Assembly (NCBI GenBank): GCA_963807635.1
Contig: CAWEDJ010000040.1
Coordinates: 1-64,000 of the forward strand
From: an uncultured cyanobacterium
GTDB taxonomy: Bacteria > Cyanobacteriota > Cyanobacteriia > Cyanobacteriales > Microcystaceae
Direction: 5' to 3'
DNA: 64,000 nt
The translations under genes were made by a program, and so were the position numbers. The notes under the pieces are model-generated. The model was not told where the DNA came from and did no database searches. It saw nothing but the letters and a program-made list of their open reading frames with translations. This document shows positions 33,588-43,840 of this stretch, in pieces (within the stretch, counting starts at the first letter, position 1; every line of letters starts with the position of its first letter).

Positions 33588-36053
33588 TTAGAAGGGCATA
33601 TCCTCATCATCAATTAGGGGGGGACGACCTTGAATCAGGGGTTTAGGCGGTTCAGAGATAGGCATGGTCGAGGGAGATACCATCATTTTCGTTTCAGGCT
33701 TAATCTTATCATTTTCGGCATTAAAGGACTGATCCAGGGAAATAATTTCCCCTTCAAAGGCTTTGGCGAGGCTTTCGGCTGCTTTTTTGAGGTCATTATT
33801 TGAGTAGGCTTCGGCGGAAACGGTCGGGCTTTCGACAATGGCAACAGCAGGAGTGGTCTTGGTTGTAACACCGTTTTTGGGGCTAGAAATGGGGCTAGAA
33901 AAAGTTTGAACTGTTTTCTGAGAAGCGGTAGAAGTTAAGCCAGGTTTAGGAGAAATCGTTGAATGATTACCGTTAGTAGGGGTTGGATTAATCGGAGGAG
34001 AAATGGGTTGGGAAACGGTCGGGCGTGGGGGGATGTTTTCGATTTGGGGCGATCGCGGAGGAGCCTGATTAACTGGGACATTTTGACTGACATTTTGAGA
34101 CGTGGTTTGACTCGTCCCATTGCTTCCTGCATTGACGATTAACTTAACCCGAATGGTTTTCCCACACACTTGAGCAAAGGCCGTTTCTAATTCGGGGATT
34201 TTTCCGTGGGCAATTCTCAACAACGGTTCGGTTTTAATGCCGACCTGAGCCGAATTTTCCTCTAAACTCACCAAATGCCCATGCGATCGCACTAAGGATT
34301 GGGTCAAGTTACTGAGTTGAGCTAACATGGCTTGCCAAATATCGACAAGAGAAGCCGAGGGATCGAGGGAAACTGACTGAATGGGTTCTGGAGTGGGCGT
34401 TTCTGGACTCGGTGAGCTTTCATTCGGCTGGGGCTGAGAAATCGAGGGAGGGACGGGTTGAACAGAATGGGATACGACTTGACTAACAGGCGTAACAACA
34501 GGTGCGATCGTTTGACGGGGTTGAGCTTGGACAGATTGGACGGGAGACGATTGAACAACGGTTTGAACGGTACGACAGGCAGACGGCAAAAGGTTGAGTA
34601 AAGTAACTTCTAACCAAAGACGGGGTTGGGTGGTATTGCGTAATTGGGATTCGCTTTCCTTGAGTTGTTGTTGTCCCTGTAAAATAGTGCCTAATTCCCA
34701 GCTTGGAGCGATCGCCGTCAATTTTTGCCAGGTGGGAGCCGTCACTGCAACTAAATCAGAACGATTCGGGGCAGTTCTCGCAATCAATAAATTGAGATAA
34801 AATCCTGCTAAATTTTGTAAAACCACCAGGGGTTCCCGTCCCCGATTCATCAAGTGCCGACAGCAATCTAAAACGGTTTCTGCATTATCCGACGCGATCG
34901 CGTTGAGAAGTGACAATAAATCCTGTTCTGGAACTGCTCCTACCAAATCCCAAACCTTTTCAGGATCAACCGTTCCCGCTAACAAACTTAATTGGTCTAA
35001 TAAACTTTCTGCATCCCGTAATCCCCCATTAGAAATTTGAGCAACTAGGGTAACAGCTTCATCATTAATATTAATACTTTCATTATCAGCAATCACCCGC
35101 AGATGGGACACCATTGAATGCAACGGAATCCGACGATAATCAAAGCGTTGACAGCGAGAAATAATGGTCGGTAAAACTCGTTGAGGATCGGTTGTCGCTA
35201 ACACAAAAATAACGCGATCAGGTGGTTCTTCTAGCGTTTTTAAAAGTGCATTAAATGCTGCCGTACTTAACATATGGCAGTTATGAACTAATAACCCATT
35301 AGCGACAAAATTATGATTATCTTCAACTTCAATATCATAAACATTTTCAACTCCAGCGAGGGTTACAGATTCTAACACATCCGCATTCGCAGGGGATAAA
35401 ATCTGCATTCCTGGTTTTAGGTGCTTGGCTTTGATCCATCCTTGTTTTGTCCTAATTAAATGATTGTCTGTACATTGAATTTCAGTTTGATTAGTTTTAA
35501 TGGTTAAAGTTTGCTTTTGACCCTGATCTAACCAACGGACAACTGCTTTATATTCCCAAATATTCTTGTTTTCGTTATAACTAAGAACTTCTTGACCTTT
35601 TAAACTAGGATCATCAATCCTGACCAGTCCTTTACGGGTAAGCACTAAGCTATCCCCTGTTAAACATTCATCGATCACATAAACTTTGTAACGGCATTGA
35701 ACAGGCGAAAATTGCGATCGCTCAATAATTTCTCGAATATTATCGACCCCTGTATTACTAGCCGCATCAATTTCGATCACGTCTAGGGCATTTCCCTTCG
35801 TGATCGCCTGACAAATTTCACATTTTCCGCAAGGAGTCGGAGTGGGTTTATCTCCCGCAATGCAATTGAGCGATTTTGCTAAAATTCGGGCAGAAGAGGT
35901 TTTTCCCGTTCCCCTTGGCCCTGTAAATAGGTAGGCAGGCGCAATGCGCTCACTCAGTAAGGCATTGGTTAAGGTGGTTGCGATCGCCTCTTGTCCGACT
36001 AAATCTGCAAAGGTTTGGGGACGATATTTATGATGGAGTGGTTCGTAAGGCAT
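33588..36053 (-). CDS. dnaX: DNA polymerase III gamma/tau subunit, intein-containing
   Basis: HKYRPQTF, GPRGTGKTS, EIDAAS, VIDE|intein|CHML, SRCQRF. Confidence 0.97.
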   Translation of the reverse strand: MPYEPLHHKYRPQTFADLVGQEAIATTLTNALLSERIAPAYLFTGPRGTGKTSSARILAKSLNCIAGDKPTPTPCGKCEICQAITKGNALDVIEIDAASNTGVDNIREIIERSQFSPVQCRYKVYVIDECLTGDSLVLTRKGLVRIDDPSLKGQEVLSYNENKNIWEYKAVVRWLDQGQKQTLTIKTNQTEIQCTDNHLIRTKQGWIKAKHLKPGMQILSPANADVLESVTLAGVENVYDIEVEDNHNFVANGLLVHNCHMLSTAAFNALLKTLEEPPDRVIFVLATTDPQRVLPTIISRCQRFDYRRIPLHSMVSHLRVIADNESININDEAVTLVAQISNGGLRDAESLLDQLSLLAGTVDPEKVWDLVGAVPEQDLLSLLNAIASDNAETVLDCCRHLMNRGREPLVVLQNLAGFYLNLLIARTAPNRSDLVAVTAPTWQKLTAIAPSWELGTILQGQQQLKESESQLRNTTQPRLWLEVTLLNLLPSACRTVQTVVQSSPVQSVQAQPRQTIAPVVTPVSQVVSHSVQPVPPSISQPQPNESSPSPETPTPEPIQSVSLDPSASLVDIWQAMLAQLSNLTQSLVRSHGHLVSLEENSAQVGIKTEPLLRIAHGKIPELETAFAQVCGKTIRVKLIVNAGSNGTSQTTSQNVSQNVPVNQAPPRSPQIENIPPRPTVSQPISPPINPTPTNGNHSTISPKPGLTSTASQKTVQTFSSPISSPKNGVTTKTTPAVAIVESPTVSAEAYSNNDLKKAAESLAKAFEGEIISLDQSFNAENDKIKPETKMMVSPSTMPISEPPKPLIQGRPPLIDDEDMPF
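35280..35666 (-). other. 129-aa DnaX mini-intein (no homing endonuclease)
   Basis: Starts CLTGDS after VIDE; block B CTDNH; block F VYDIEVEDNHNF; ends VHN followed by +1 Cys. Confidence 0.95.
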
Positions 36054-36306
36054 AGTAAAAGAACGTTAAATCCATCAATTTCAAAATTATCGAGAATTTA
36101 TAATATTTTTTAAGATAAATCGGACTAATTTGGAGTAATAAAGAGAAAAATATCATTAAAGCTTAGTCGCCTTCCTATTTTATCGCATCCGAATCAAGGA
36201 AGGAGAATTAAATTCAACGGAGCGATCTGGCAAGACATTCTCTATCAGGGGGAACAGTCTGCTATAAAATTCGGCGACACGGTTGAGTGGATAATGCAGT
36301 CACTTC

Positions 36307-36622
36307 TTATTCCTTAAACTATGTTATGAAAAGAAGCGATCGCGCTATACTTCCCATAGGTTAAAATGGAGATAATGATGAAAATTGATTATGATCAAGA
36401 TGTGGATATTCTTAGAATATTACTGACTGATGCTGTTATTGAAGAAAGTGACGAAGTAGAAACGGGTGTCATTTTTGATTATGATAATCAGGGGAATATT
36501 GTTGGAATTGAAATTTTGGATGCTTCTAAACGCAATACTCAAACTCGTCAATTAGAATACTCAATTTTGAATTCTAATTGGAGTTTTATTCTTTAAACTA
36601 CGTTATGAGAAGAAGCGATCGC
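36307..36622 (+). repeat. 37-bp direct repeats (36307-36343 and 36586-36622) ending in HIP1
   Basis: TTATTCyTTAAACTAyGTTATGArAAGAAGCGATCGC, three mismatches. Confidence 0.85.
36366..36596 (+). CDS. DUF2283 domain protein
   Basis: MKIDYDQDVDILRI..DYDNQGNIVGIEILDAS. Confidence 0.85.
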   Translation: MEIMMKIDYDQDVDILRILLTDAVIEESDEVETGVIFDYDNQGNIVGIEILDASKRNTQTRQLEYSILNSNWSFIL

Positions 36623-36666
36623 TTTGCTATCAGATATTAATATTTGTTGACTTGAGGAAATCAATT

Positions 36667-38004
36667 ATGCGTATTGAACAATTAGAGATTAAAAATTTTC
36701 GCTGTTTAGAAAACATCACGATAAAATTTCCTTCTAATAATTTAGCCGTGATTGTAGGTGTAAATGGAGCGGGGAAATCATCATTGCTTGATGTGATAGC
36801 CAAATCATTGAACTCTATTGTCATGAAAATAAAAGAAATAGATAAAAGTCTAAATAAAATCCAAAAATCTAGAATGACAGGACTATCATTAAATATAGAT
36901 TCTGATGATATTCAAACTCCTTACTACTCTTGTCTTATTAATTCAAGATTTAAAATACAAACAGGATTTTTTGAAGTTAGCTTAATCAAAGATTTTAATT
37001 CTGGAAAAAAGAAAATAGATCGGATATCATTGGATAATTTTATTTTTAATCTCTTCGATAAAACCGAGGTTACGCCATGGACTAGTTATCCCTGTTTTGC
37101 TTACTATAAGGCTTATCAAAAAAGTGAATTAGCAACAAAATTAGCGAATAAAAAAATCCCAAGAATAACCCAAATGCTTTCTTATTATTCTTGTTTTAGT
37201 ATTGATATTAATGATTTTTCTGATTTTAAAACATGGTACGAATTCGAGGAAAATATTGAAAATGAAAAGCGAGTAAGAGAAAATAATTCCTACAGAAATC
37301 CTAATATAATTCTTGTCAAAAAAAGCATTGAAAGATTTTTTGAATATTTATTTTTCTCTAACTTTTCAAATCTAAGAGTTGAACGAATAGAGATTCGACC
37401 AGATACTTACTTTACTAAATCAAGTCAAGATTCAATCAAATCTGAAATTTTTATTGATAAAAAAAATCAATCTTTCAAACTTGAAAAGTTATCAGATGGA
37501 GAGAAAAGGTTATTAATGTTAGTGACTGATCTTGCTCGACGCTTGGCGATCGCCAATCCAGGACTAGGAGAAAATGCCTTAGAAGGAGAAGGTATTATCT
37601 TAATTGATGAAATTGACTTACATCTCCACCCTCAGTGGCAACGACGAGTATTGCCTGCCCTTACAAAAACTTTTCCTAATTGCCAATTTATTGTCACGAC
37701 TCACTCTCCTCAAGTATTAAGCGAAGTCCCTGGAGAAAGTGTTTTCATTTTAGAGAATGGAAAATTATTAGAATATTCTCCCCATACTCTTGGCCGCGAT
37801 AGCAACTCAATTCTTTATGAAATATTTAATGTTAAAGAAAGACCTGAATGGTCTCAACAAGAAATTGACCATTGTTTAGATTTAATAGATAATGAAAAAT
37901 GGGATGAAGCAAGAGAAAATCTCAAAGATTTATCTAATCGTTTGGGAGAAAATGATACAGCCGTTGTCCAAGCGCAAAGCGTACTTCATTTTATGGAGGA
38001 TTAA
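36667..38004 (+). CDS. AAA/ABC-type ATPase, PtuA-like (Septu)
   Basis: IKNFR, GVNGAGKS, LSDGEK, LIDEIDLHLHPQWQ, QFIVTTHSPQ, GRDSNSIL. Confidence 0.85.
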   Translation: MRIEQLEIKNFRCLENITIKFPSNNLAVIVGVNGAGKSSLLDVIAKSLNSIVMKIKEIDKSLNKIQKSRMTGLSLNIDSDDIQTPYYSCLINSRFKIQTGFFEVSLIKDFNSGKKKIDRISLDNFIFNLFDKTEVTPWTSYPCFAYYKAYQKSELATKLANKKIPRITQMLSYYSCFSIDINDFSDFKTWYEFEENIENEKRVRENNSYRNPNIILVKKSIERFFEYLFFSNFSNLRVERIEIRPDTYFTKSSQDSIKSEIFIDKKNQSFKLEKLSDGEKRLLMLVTDLARRLAIANPGLGENALEGEGIILIDEIDLHLHPQWQRRVLPALTKTFPNCQFIVTTHSPQVLSEVPGESVFILENGKLLEYSPHTLGRDSNSILYEIFNVKERPEWSQQEIDHCLDLIDNEKWDEARENLKDLSNRLGENDTAVVQAQSVLHFMED

Positions 38005-38007
38005 TAA

Positions 38008-38706
38008 ATGAAAAGAATTATTAAAAAACCTGACCCTTTAGTTATTCAGGAACTTCTTAGCTTTATTCAATTGGAAAAGCAAGCTAGTATCATTCCCATC
38101 TATGAAAATTTTCGCAAGAGGAATGAATTACGACAATCATTATTAAAAGAGCAGGGATATATCTGCTGTTTTTGTATGAAAAGCATAGAAGATAATAACG
38201 AAACAACTAAAATTGCCCATATTTTCCCTCAGAATCCACTCTCAGATGAAGATAAAGAAAAAGTAAAACAAGAAAACTTAGATTTAGATTACAATAATAT
38301 GCTTGCTGCTTGCGATGGAGGTAAAGGTCAATCGCCTCATTTACAACACTGTGATACTAAACAAGGAAACACAATTTTAAAGATTAATCCAGCCGATGCC
38401 ATTAGGGATTGTGAAAAATTAATTGATTACAAGCCTAGTGGCACAATTTATTCAAAGAATCCTGATGTTGAGTATGATCTAAACCAAACTTTAAATCTAA
38501 ATGAAGAGAATTTGAAAAATAGAAGAAAAGACGCTTACGATGCCGTTCTTAAGAGACTAGAAAGAAAATATCCTAAAAAGTCTTTCTCTAAAAAAAGTAT
38601 AGAAAAGGAAATTGAAAATTATTCGCAACTTAAAAATGGTAGATATGCACCCTATTGCCAATATGTTATCTACTTTTTACGAAAGAAACTTGCAAAACTT
38701 CCGTGA
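38008..38706 (+). CDS. HNH endonuclease, TIGR02646/PtuB-like
   Basis: LLKEQGYICCFC..IAHIFPQ..LDYNNMLAAC..HCD..LNLN; coupled to the ATPase. Confidence 0.85.
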   Translation: MKRIIKKPDPLVIQELLSFIQLEKQASIIPIYENFRKRNELRQSLLKEQGYICCFCMKSIEDNNETTKIAHIFPQNPLSDEDKEKVKQENLDLDYNNMLAACDGGKGQSPHLQHCDTKQGNTILKINPADAIRDCEKLIDYKPSGTIYSKNPDVEYDLNQTLNLNEENLKNRRKDAYDAVLKRLERKYPKKSFSKKSIEKEIENYSQLKNGRYAPYCQYVIYFLRKKLAKLP

Positions 38707-38725
38707 ACAGTGCGATCGCACCAAG

Positions 38726-39889
38726 TCACTCTACAATGAAAATCTGACTAGCCGCTTGAGTCGCTTTTTTACGAGCCAAATCAGTCGTTTCAGCCTTAGC
38801 CAGGGCAACCCCCATCCGACGATAGGGACGGGAATTGGGCTTACCAAAAAGACGGATATCCACATCAGCAACACTCAACGCTTCAGCAACACCCGTAAAA
38901 CTAATGGAATCAGAATTTTGACTTGCTAAAATGACCGCACTGGCCGCAGGAGCAAACTGGGTGATTTGGGGAATAGGTAGTCCTAAAACTGCTCGTAAAT
39001 GCAATTCAAATTCATTCAAATTTTGCGAAATCAATGTCACCATTCCTGTATCGTGGGGACGGGGTGAAAGTTCCGAAAAAATGACTTCATCAGCAGTAAT
39101 AAAAAATTCGACTCCAAAAATTCCCGCACCACCCAGGGCATCGGTGACGGTTTTAGCAATTTCTTGAGCCGCTAAAATTTGCTCTGGTTTAATTTGGGCG
39201 GGTTGCCAGGATTCTTGATAATCGCCCCGTTCTTGACGATGCCCGATGGGAGGACAAAAAATCGTGGGCGCATTCCACTGTTTGACGGTAAGAAGAGTAA
39301 TTTCAATTTCAAAATCAATAAATTCTTCGATAATGACTTTTTGGCTATCTCCCCTGGAGCCTGCGATCGCGTAGTTCCAAGCGGTTTCTACTTCCGAGGC
39401 ATTATTTACCACCGATTGACCTTTGCCCGAAGAGGACATGACGGGTTTAACCACATTGGGAAAGCCGATGTTTTCAGAGACGGCCTGCATTTCAGTCAAA
39501 TTAGTCGCATATTCATATTTCGCCGTCCTTACGCCCAATTCCTGATCGGCCAATTCCCGAATGCGATCGCGATTCATGGTGTAATGGGTGGCTTTGGCGG
39601 TGGGAATCACGGTAATGCCGCGTTGTTCAAATTCTGCCAATTTTTCGGTTCTAATGGCTTCGATTTCGGGAATGATGAAATCAGGCTGATGTTTGCTGAC
39701 GACTCGCTCCAAATCTTCGGCACTGAGCATGGAAATCACTTCCCTCGCATCAGCAACTTGCATGGCAGGTGCATTGTCGTAGCGATCCACTGCGATAACG
39801 TAATTGCCTAACCGTTGGGCCGCGATCGCGAACTCTTTTCCTAATTCACCCGCCCCTAAGAGCATTAATTTTTTGGGTAGCTTAATCAT
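38726..39889 (-). CDS. purT: Formate-dependent phosphoribosylglycinamide formyltransferase
   Basis: LGAGELGKE, KPVMSSSGKGQS, SPRPHDTG, RRMGVALA. Confidence 0.96.
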   Translation of the reverse strand: MIKLPKKLMLLGAGELGKEFAIAAQRLGNYVIAVDRYDNAPAMQVADAREVISMLSAEDLERVVSKHQPDFIIPEIEAIRTEKLAEFEQRGITVIPTAKATHYTMNRDRIRELADQELGVRTAKYEYATNLTEMQAVSENIGFPNVVKPVMSSSGKGQSVVNNASEVETAWNYAIAGSRGDSQKVIIEEFIDFEIEITLLTVKQWNAPTIFCPPIGHRQERGDYQESWQPAQIKPEQILAAQEIAKTVTDALGGAGIFGVEFFITADEVIFSELSPRPHDTGMVTLISQNLNEFELHLRAVLGLPIPQITQFAPAASAVILASQNSDSISFTGVAEALSVADVDIRLFGKPNSRPYRRMGVALAKAETTDLARKKATQAASQIFIVE

Positions 39890-39911
39890 TGATTTTTAGA
39901 ATAGGAAAAAT

Positions 39912-40412
39912 TTAAAAGGGAATTTCATCGAGATCACTATCGCTAATGCTTGGCGCAGGCGTAGAGGGATATGACCATTCATCCTGGGGTTCGGGGGGGG
40001 CTGGTTTCGTGCTGGATTTATAATTCTCCAAATTAACGACATTTTTCGGTTCGGGAGTCGTCATTGGGATAACTTTTGCGGTAGGGACAGTTCCACTCAC
40101 ACTGGCTGAACCTTCTAAACGATGAATGCGTCCTGCGACTAATTCAGCACGTTTTTCCTTAAAGCCTTCGGGCCGATCAATCGTATCCATTTTTAAACGA
40201 CCTTCAATCACAATGCGATCGCCGATGGTATAGGATTGTTGAATTTCTGTTGCTAGATTTCCCCAACCAATCACTTTCAAAGTTGATGGAGGATCTTCAG
40301 GTTTACCGCCCTGGAACTCGACTAACATTTGGGCGATCGCCGTTTGATTTTCCTGGGTATAGCGCAACTCAGGGTTGCCGATGACCGTAGCCATTAAAAT
40401 ACAACTATTCAT
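39912..40412 (-). CDS. ssb: Single-stranded DNA-binding protein (cyanobacterial SSB-like)
   Basis: MNSCILMA..PELRYT..IEGRL; acidic C-terminus DEIPF. Confidence 0.85.
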   Translation of the reverse strand: MNSCILMATVIGNPELRYTQENQTAIAQMLVEFQGGKPEDPPSTLKVIGWGNLATEIQQSYTIGDRIVIEGRLKMDTIDRPEGFKEKRAELVAGRIHRLEGSASVSGTVPTAKVIPMTTPEPKNVVNLENYKSSTKPAPPEPQDEWSYPSTPAPSISDSDLDEIPF

Positions 40413-40482
40413 AATCAGTAGAAACTCCTCATATTTAAGAAATGAATCTGTAGAACTATTTAAACAAAAAACAAGCCATCTT

Positions 40483-43011
40483 TTAAAAAAAACTCGTGGA
40501 ATCGCTCCGAGAATCATCAATAAATCGTTGGACTTGGAGGCGATAATCCTTTAAATTTTGATCGACCCAATCTCGATCTTCACTATTGGCATAGATGTGA
40601 ACCAACGGCTCCCCCGCATCAGGCAGAATCAGCACCCAATTATCATTACTCGGATTAATAATCTTCACGCCGTCAATTAATTCTAAATGATGATTGCGAT
40701 GAATTTCGACGAGATAACGCATCAAAGAGCCTTTCATTTTCCAGGGACAACGGACGGTGCAGGAACGATGATAAACCCTAGGTAATTCAGCCCTGACTTG
40801 TGCCAGCGATCGCCCCTGGAGAGTCAACATTTCCACGACCTTGGCGATACTAAACATGGCATCAAAGCCTGGATGAAGCTTGGGAAAAATAAAGCCCGTT
40901 TCCCCACTGCCCCCTAAAACCACATTGCCATGACTTTGGGCCGCTTCCATCAAAGCCGTTGGGTTAGCTTTGGTGCGAATGACCCTGCCATTGTATTGAC
41001 GCGCTAATTTTTCGACCGCACTGGAAGCCTGAACGGGAACGACGACCGTACCGTTGGTGTACATGGAAAGAATCATATTCACCATCAAGGCCGTTAATAA
41101 TTCGCCCCGAATAGGTAGCCCCGATTCATCCACTAAAATTAATTGTTCTCCATTAGCCGAAACCTGAACTCCTAAGTTAGCTTTTAAGGCTTCGACGACT
41201 TGCCCTAATTGGTGGAGCATGGTTTCTCGTTCTTCATTGGTAACCGCCGTTTGACGTAGACTAGCATTCAACACCACCGCATCACAGCCAAATTTACTCA
41301 ATAGTTGGGGTAAAATCGCGCCTGATACGCCATAAACGTAATCAATAACGATTTTTCCCCCACCTTGGCTTAAAACTTCGGATTCTAATTGGGCTTCAAA
41401 GGTAGTGCTATAGGTTTCTAAGACCTGGGCGGGGTAGGACATATCGCCAATATCGGGGATAGAGACTCTCCTTAAATCTTCTTTGAAATAGGCTCCTTCG
41501 ATTTTCTTTTCGGTTGTTTTGGAAATATTAATGCCCTGGCTATCTAAAAATTCGATCAGGATAAATTCAGGGCGATCGGGATGAATCCGTACATGAATTC
41601 CCCCGACAACGTTTAATTTGGGGATAATCGTGCGAGAAATGGGAATGGCAGTGGCATCCAAATTTTTAATATTGATTCCCACAGACATCAAACCCGCAAT
41701 CAAGGAACGAGTTACCATGCGAGAAACATTGCGCTGATCACGGGAAACCACGATTTCCGCCCCCATTTTCAGGGTTGAACCGTAGGCGGCCCCCAACTTC
41801 ACGGCAAATTCTGGGGTCATATCAATATTGACAATGCCCGACACTCCCCGTTGTCCAAAAAGATTGCGATGGGCTATATTTCCCCAAATCAAATTAATAT
41901 TTAAAATCGCGCCCGATTCTACCCGTTTACTCGGCCAAACTTTGACATTCGAGCTAATTTGAGCTTCTTCTCCGATAATCGACAGCGCACCAATAACGGC
42001 TCCTTCAAACACATGGGTGCGACGCTCCATCCGTACTCCTCTCCCCACAACACAGGCCGCTAAAAAACATTCGTCTCCTATCATGGCCCCATTCCAAACG
42101 ATCGCCCGTTTTAGATCGGCTCCTGCGCCAATGGTGACATTATCCCCAATGACCGTTCCCGCTTCGAGGGAAGAACCAGTCCCAATGCGACAATCATTGC
42201 CAATGATCAGAGGCGGTTGGAGGGTGACGGTGGGATCAATGACGGTATTTCTGCCGATCCAGATGCCAGGCGCGGTTTCTTCTTCCACAAAATCAAGGTT
42301 AACTTTACGGTCTAGGGCATCGTATTGGGCTTCTCGGTAGGCATCCAAATTTCCCACATCACACCAATAACCTTCGGCAATGTAACCATACATGGGTTCA
42401 TTTTTTTCGAGGAGCAGGGGAAAGAGATCTTTGGAAAAATCGCTTTCCTCTTTAGCGGGCAAATAATTTAAAATTTCGGGTTCGAGGATGTAGGTTCCCG
42501 TATTCACCGTATCGGAAAAAATTTCGCTAGTGGAAGGTTTTTCGAGAAAACGGCAGATTCGCTGGTCATCATCGGTAATTACGACCCCAAATTCGATGGG
42601 ATTGGGGACACGGGTTAAAATCAGGGTGGCTTTTGATCCTTTTTCTTTGTGAAAGGCGATCGCAGCTTGGAGATCAAAATCTGTAATACTGTCGCCACTA
42701 ATCACTAAAAAGGTGTCATTGAGGAGTTCTTCGATATTTTTAACACAGCCTGCGGTTCCGAGGGGTTGCTCATCTTCCACCGAATAGGTCATTTGTACCC
42801 CAAAACCATCGCCATTTTGGAAATAATCCCGCATCATGTCGGGCAAATAATGGAGGGTTACGATCACCTCGGTAATATTGTGTCGTTTGAGGAGATTAAT
42901 AATATGTTCAGCAATCGGCCGATTGAGAATAGGAACCATTGGCTTGGGCAGATCACAGGTCAATGGGCGTAATCGAGTTCCCGATCCTCCCGCCATCAGC
43001 ACTGCACGCAT
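40483..43011 (-). CDS. Mannose-1-phosphate guanylyltransferase/phosphomannomutase fusion
   Basis: MAGGSGTRLRPLT..PKPMVP NTP-transferase, hexapeptide repeats, PGM/PMM-like C-terminal half. Confidence 0.9.
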   Translation of the reverse strand: MRAVLMAGGSGTRLRPLTCDLPKPMVPILNRPIAEHIINLLKRHNITEVIVTLHYLPDMMRDYFQNGDGFGVQMTYSVEDEQPLGTAGCVKNIEELLNDTFLVISGDSITDFDLQAAIAFHKEKGSKATLILTRVPNPIEFGVVITDDDQRICRFLEKPSTSEIFSDTVNTGTYILEPEILNYLPAKEESDFSKDLFPLLLEKNEPMYGYIAEGYWCDVGNLDAYREAQYDALDRKVNLDFVEEETAPGIWIGRNTVIDPTVTLQPPLIIGNDCRIGTGSSLEAGTVIGDNVTIGAGADLKRAIVWNGAMIGDECFLAACVVGRGVRMERRTHVFEGAVIGALSIIGEEAQISSNVKVWPSKRVESGAILNINLIWGNIAHRNLFGQRGVSGIVNIDMTPEFAVKLGAAYGSTLKMGAEIVVSRDQRNVSRMVTRSLIAGLMSVGINIKNLDATAIPISRTIIPKLNVVGGIHVRIHPDRPEFILIEFLDSQGINISKTTEKKIEGAYFKEDLRRVSIPDIGDMSYPAQVLETYSTTFEAQLESEVLSQGGGKIVIDYVYGVSGAILPQLLSKFGCDAVVLNASLRQTAVTNEERETMLHQLGQVVEALKANLGVQVSANGEQLILVDESGLPIRGELLTALMVNMILSMYTNGTVVVPVQASSAVEKLARQYNGRVIRTKANPTALMEAAQSHGNVVLGGSGETGFIFPKLHPGFDAMFSIAKVVEMLTLQGRSLAQVRAELPRVYHRSCTVRCPWKMKGSLMRYLVEIHRNHHLELIDGVKIINPSNDNWVLILPDAGEPLVHIYANSEDRDWVDQNLKDYRLQVQRFIDDSRSDSTSFF

Positions 43012-43262
43012 AATTTTCTCCTTATCTACCGAATCATTACCTATCTATCTTAGGTCAAACTTTCTTTCTAAACTGTCACCCAGAACAATTCTTGAAAAAT
43101 ACTTAAAACATAAAAGTGCGATCGCAGTTTTGTTGGCCGCGATCGCCTATTTTTTCACAGACTCTTAACGATCGCCTATTTTGGGAGAATCTAAACGCGA
43201 TCACCACATTAGAGTTAATTGCCAAGCATCAACAATCACTCTTAGAAAAATATGGAAAAAGT

Positions 43263-43466
43263 TCATTTTGCTTGATGTAGAGACTTATTTAGGATAGGAT
43301 AGTCGGGATTTTTTGAAATAGGTCGGTTGGGATAAGAAGTTGGGAAAGGAACGGTCGCTTTGGTAAAAAATTCGTCTCCCAATTCTGGAATATCTGAGTA
43401 ATCAATATCCTCATCTGTCATTAGATCAATTTTAGCCAAGTCGCTTTTGATAGATTTTTTGTTCAC
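43263..43466 (-). CDS. BrnA-like antitoxin (C-terminal DNA-binding part not recognisable)
   Basis: DLAKIDLMTDEDIDYSDIPEL motif; overlaps the brnT 3' end. Confidence 0.65.
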   Translation of the reverse strand: MNKKSIKSDLAKIDLMTDEDIDYSDIPELGDEFFTKATVPFPTSYPNRPISKNPDYPILNKSLHQAK

Positions 43467-43704
43467 GATGGTTTGCCTTTCTCATAGAAATAATACGAGT
43501 TTTATTTTGGCGAGGAGTATGGACAATCACGACCACTCGACTTTCTAATTTGCCTCATGTGATTAGTCTGGATTCATTATAGGCAAAGCGATCATCTACA
43601 AAGGTTACACACTCTCCTTCAAAGACTAAGCAAGCATCCTCAAAGCTAAGTTCGTGTTTTTGTTGATTGATCTCATTTTTCATTTTATCCCATTCATATT
43701 GCAT
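43432..43704 (-). pseudogene. BrnT-family toxin with an internal TGA at codon 50
   Basis: Manual translation MQYEWDKMKNEINQQKHELSFEDA..YNESRLIT*GKL..TRIISMRKANHRE; stop at 43555-43557. Confidence 0.85.
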
Positions 43705-43840
43705 TGTGGCGATTTTGTAATTTGAGTTCTTTTTTCTCTATGTTGCAATTTCCATCGAGCAAGTTCCCGTTATTTGCCAGATGTCCCCCCATCCTCTCAA
43801 ATACCATCTATAATAGCGATAAGAATTTTGAGGTAAGCAA

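Noticed and set aside
33700..34560. Pro/Ser/Thr-rich part of dnaX as a second insertion
   Set aside because: Low-complexity linkers are normal in cyanobacterial DnaX; no intein motifs.
36652..38706. Retron (Ec78-like) system
   Set aside because: No reverse transcriptase or msr-msd-like structure nearby.
39179..39811. 210-aa antisense ORF in purT, and similar shadow ORFs in the kinases, dnaX and IS elements
   Set aside because: Opposite-strand or off-frame shadows of well-supported genes, with no motifs.
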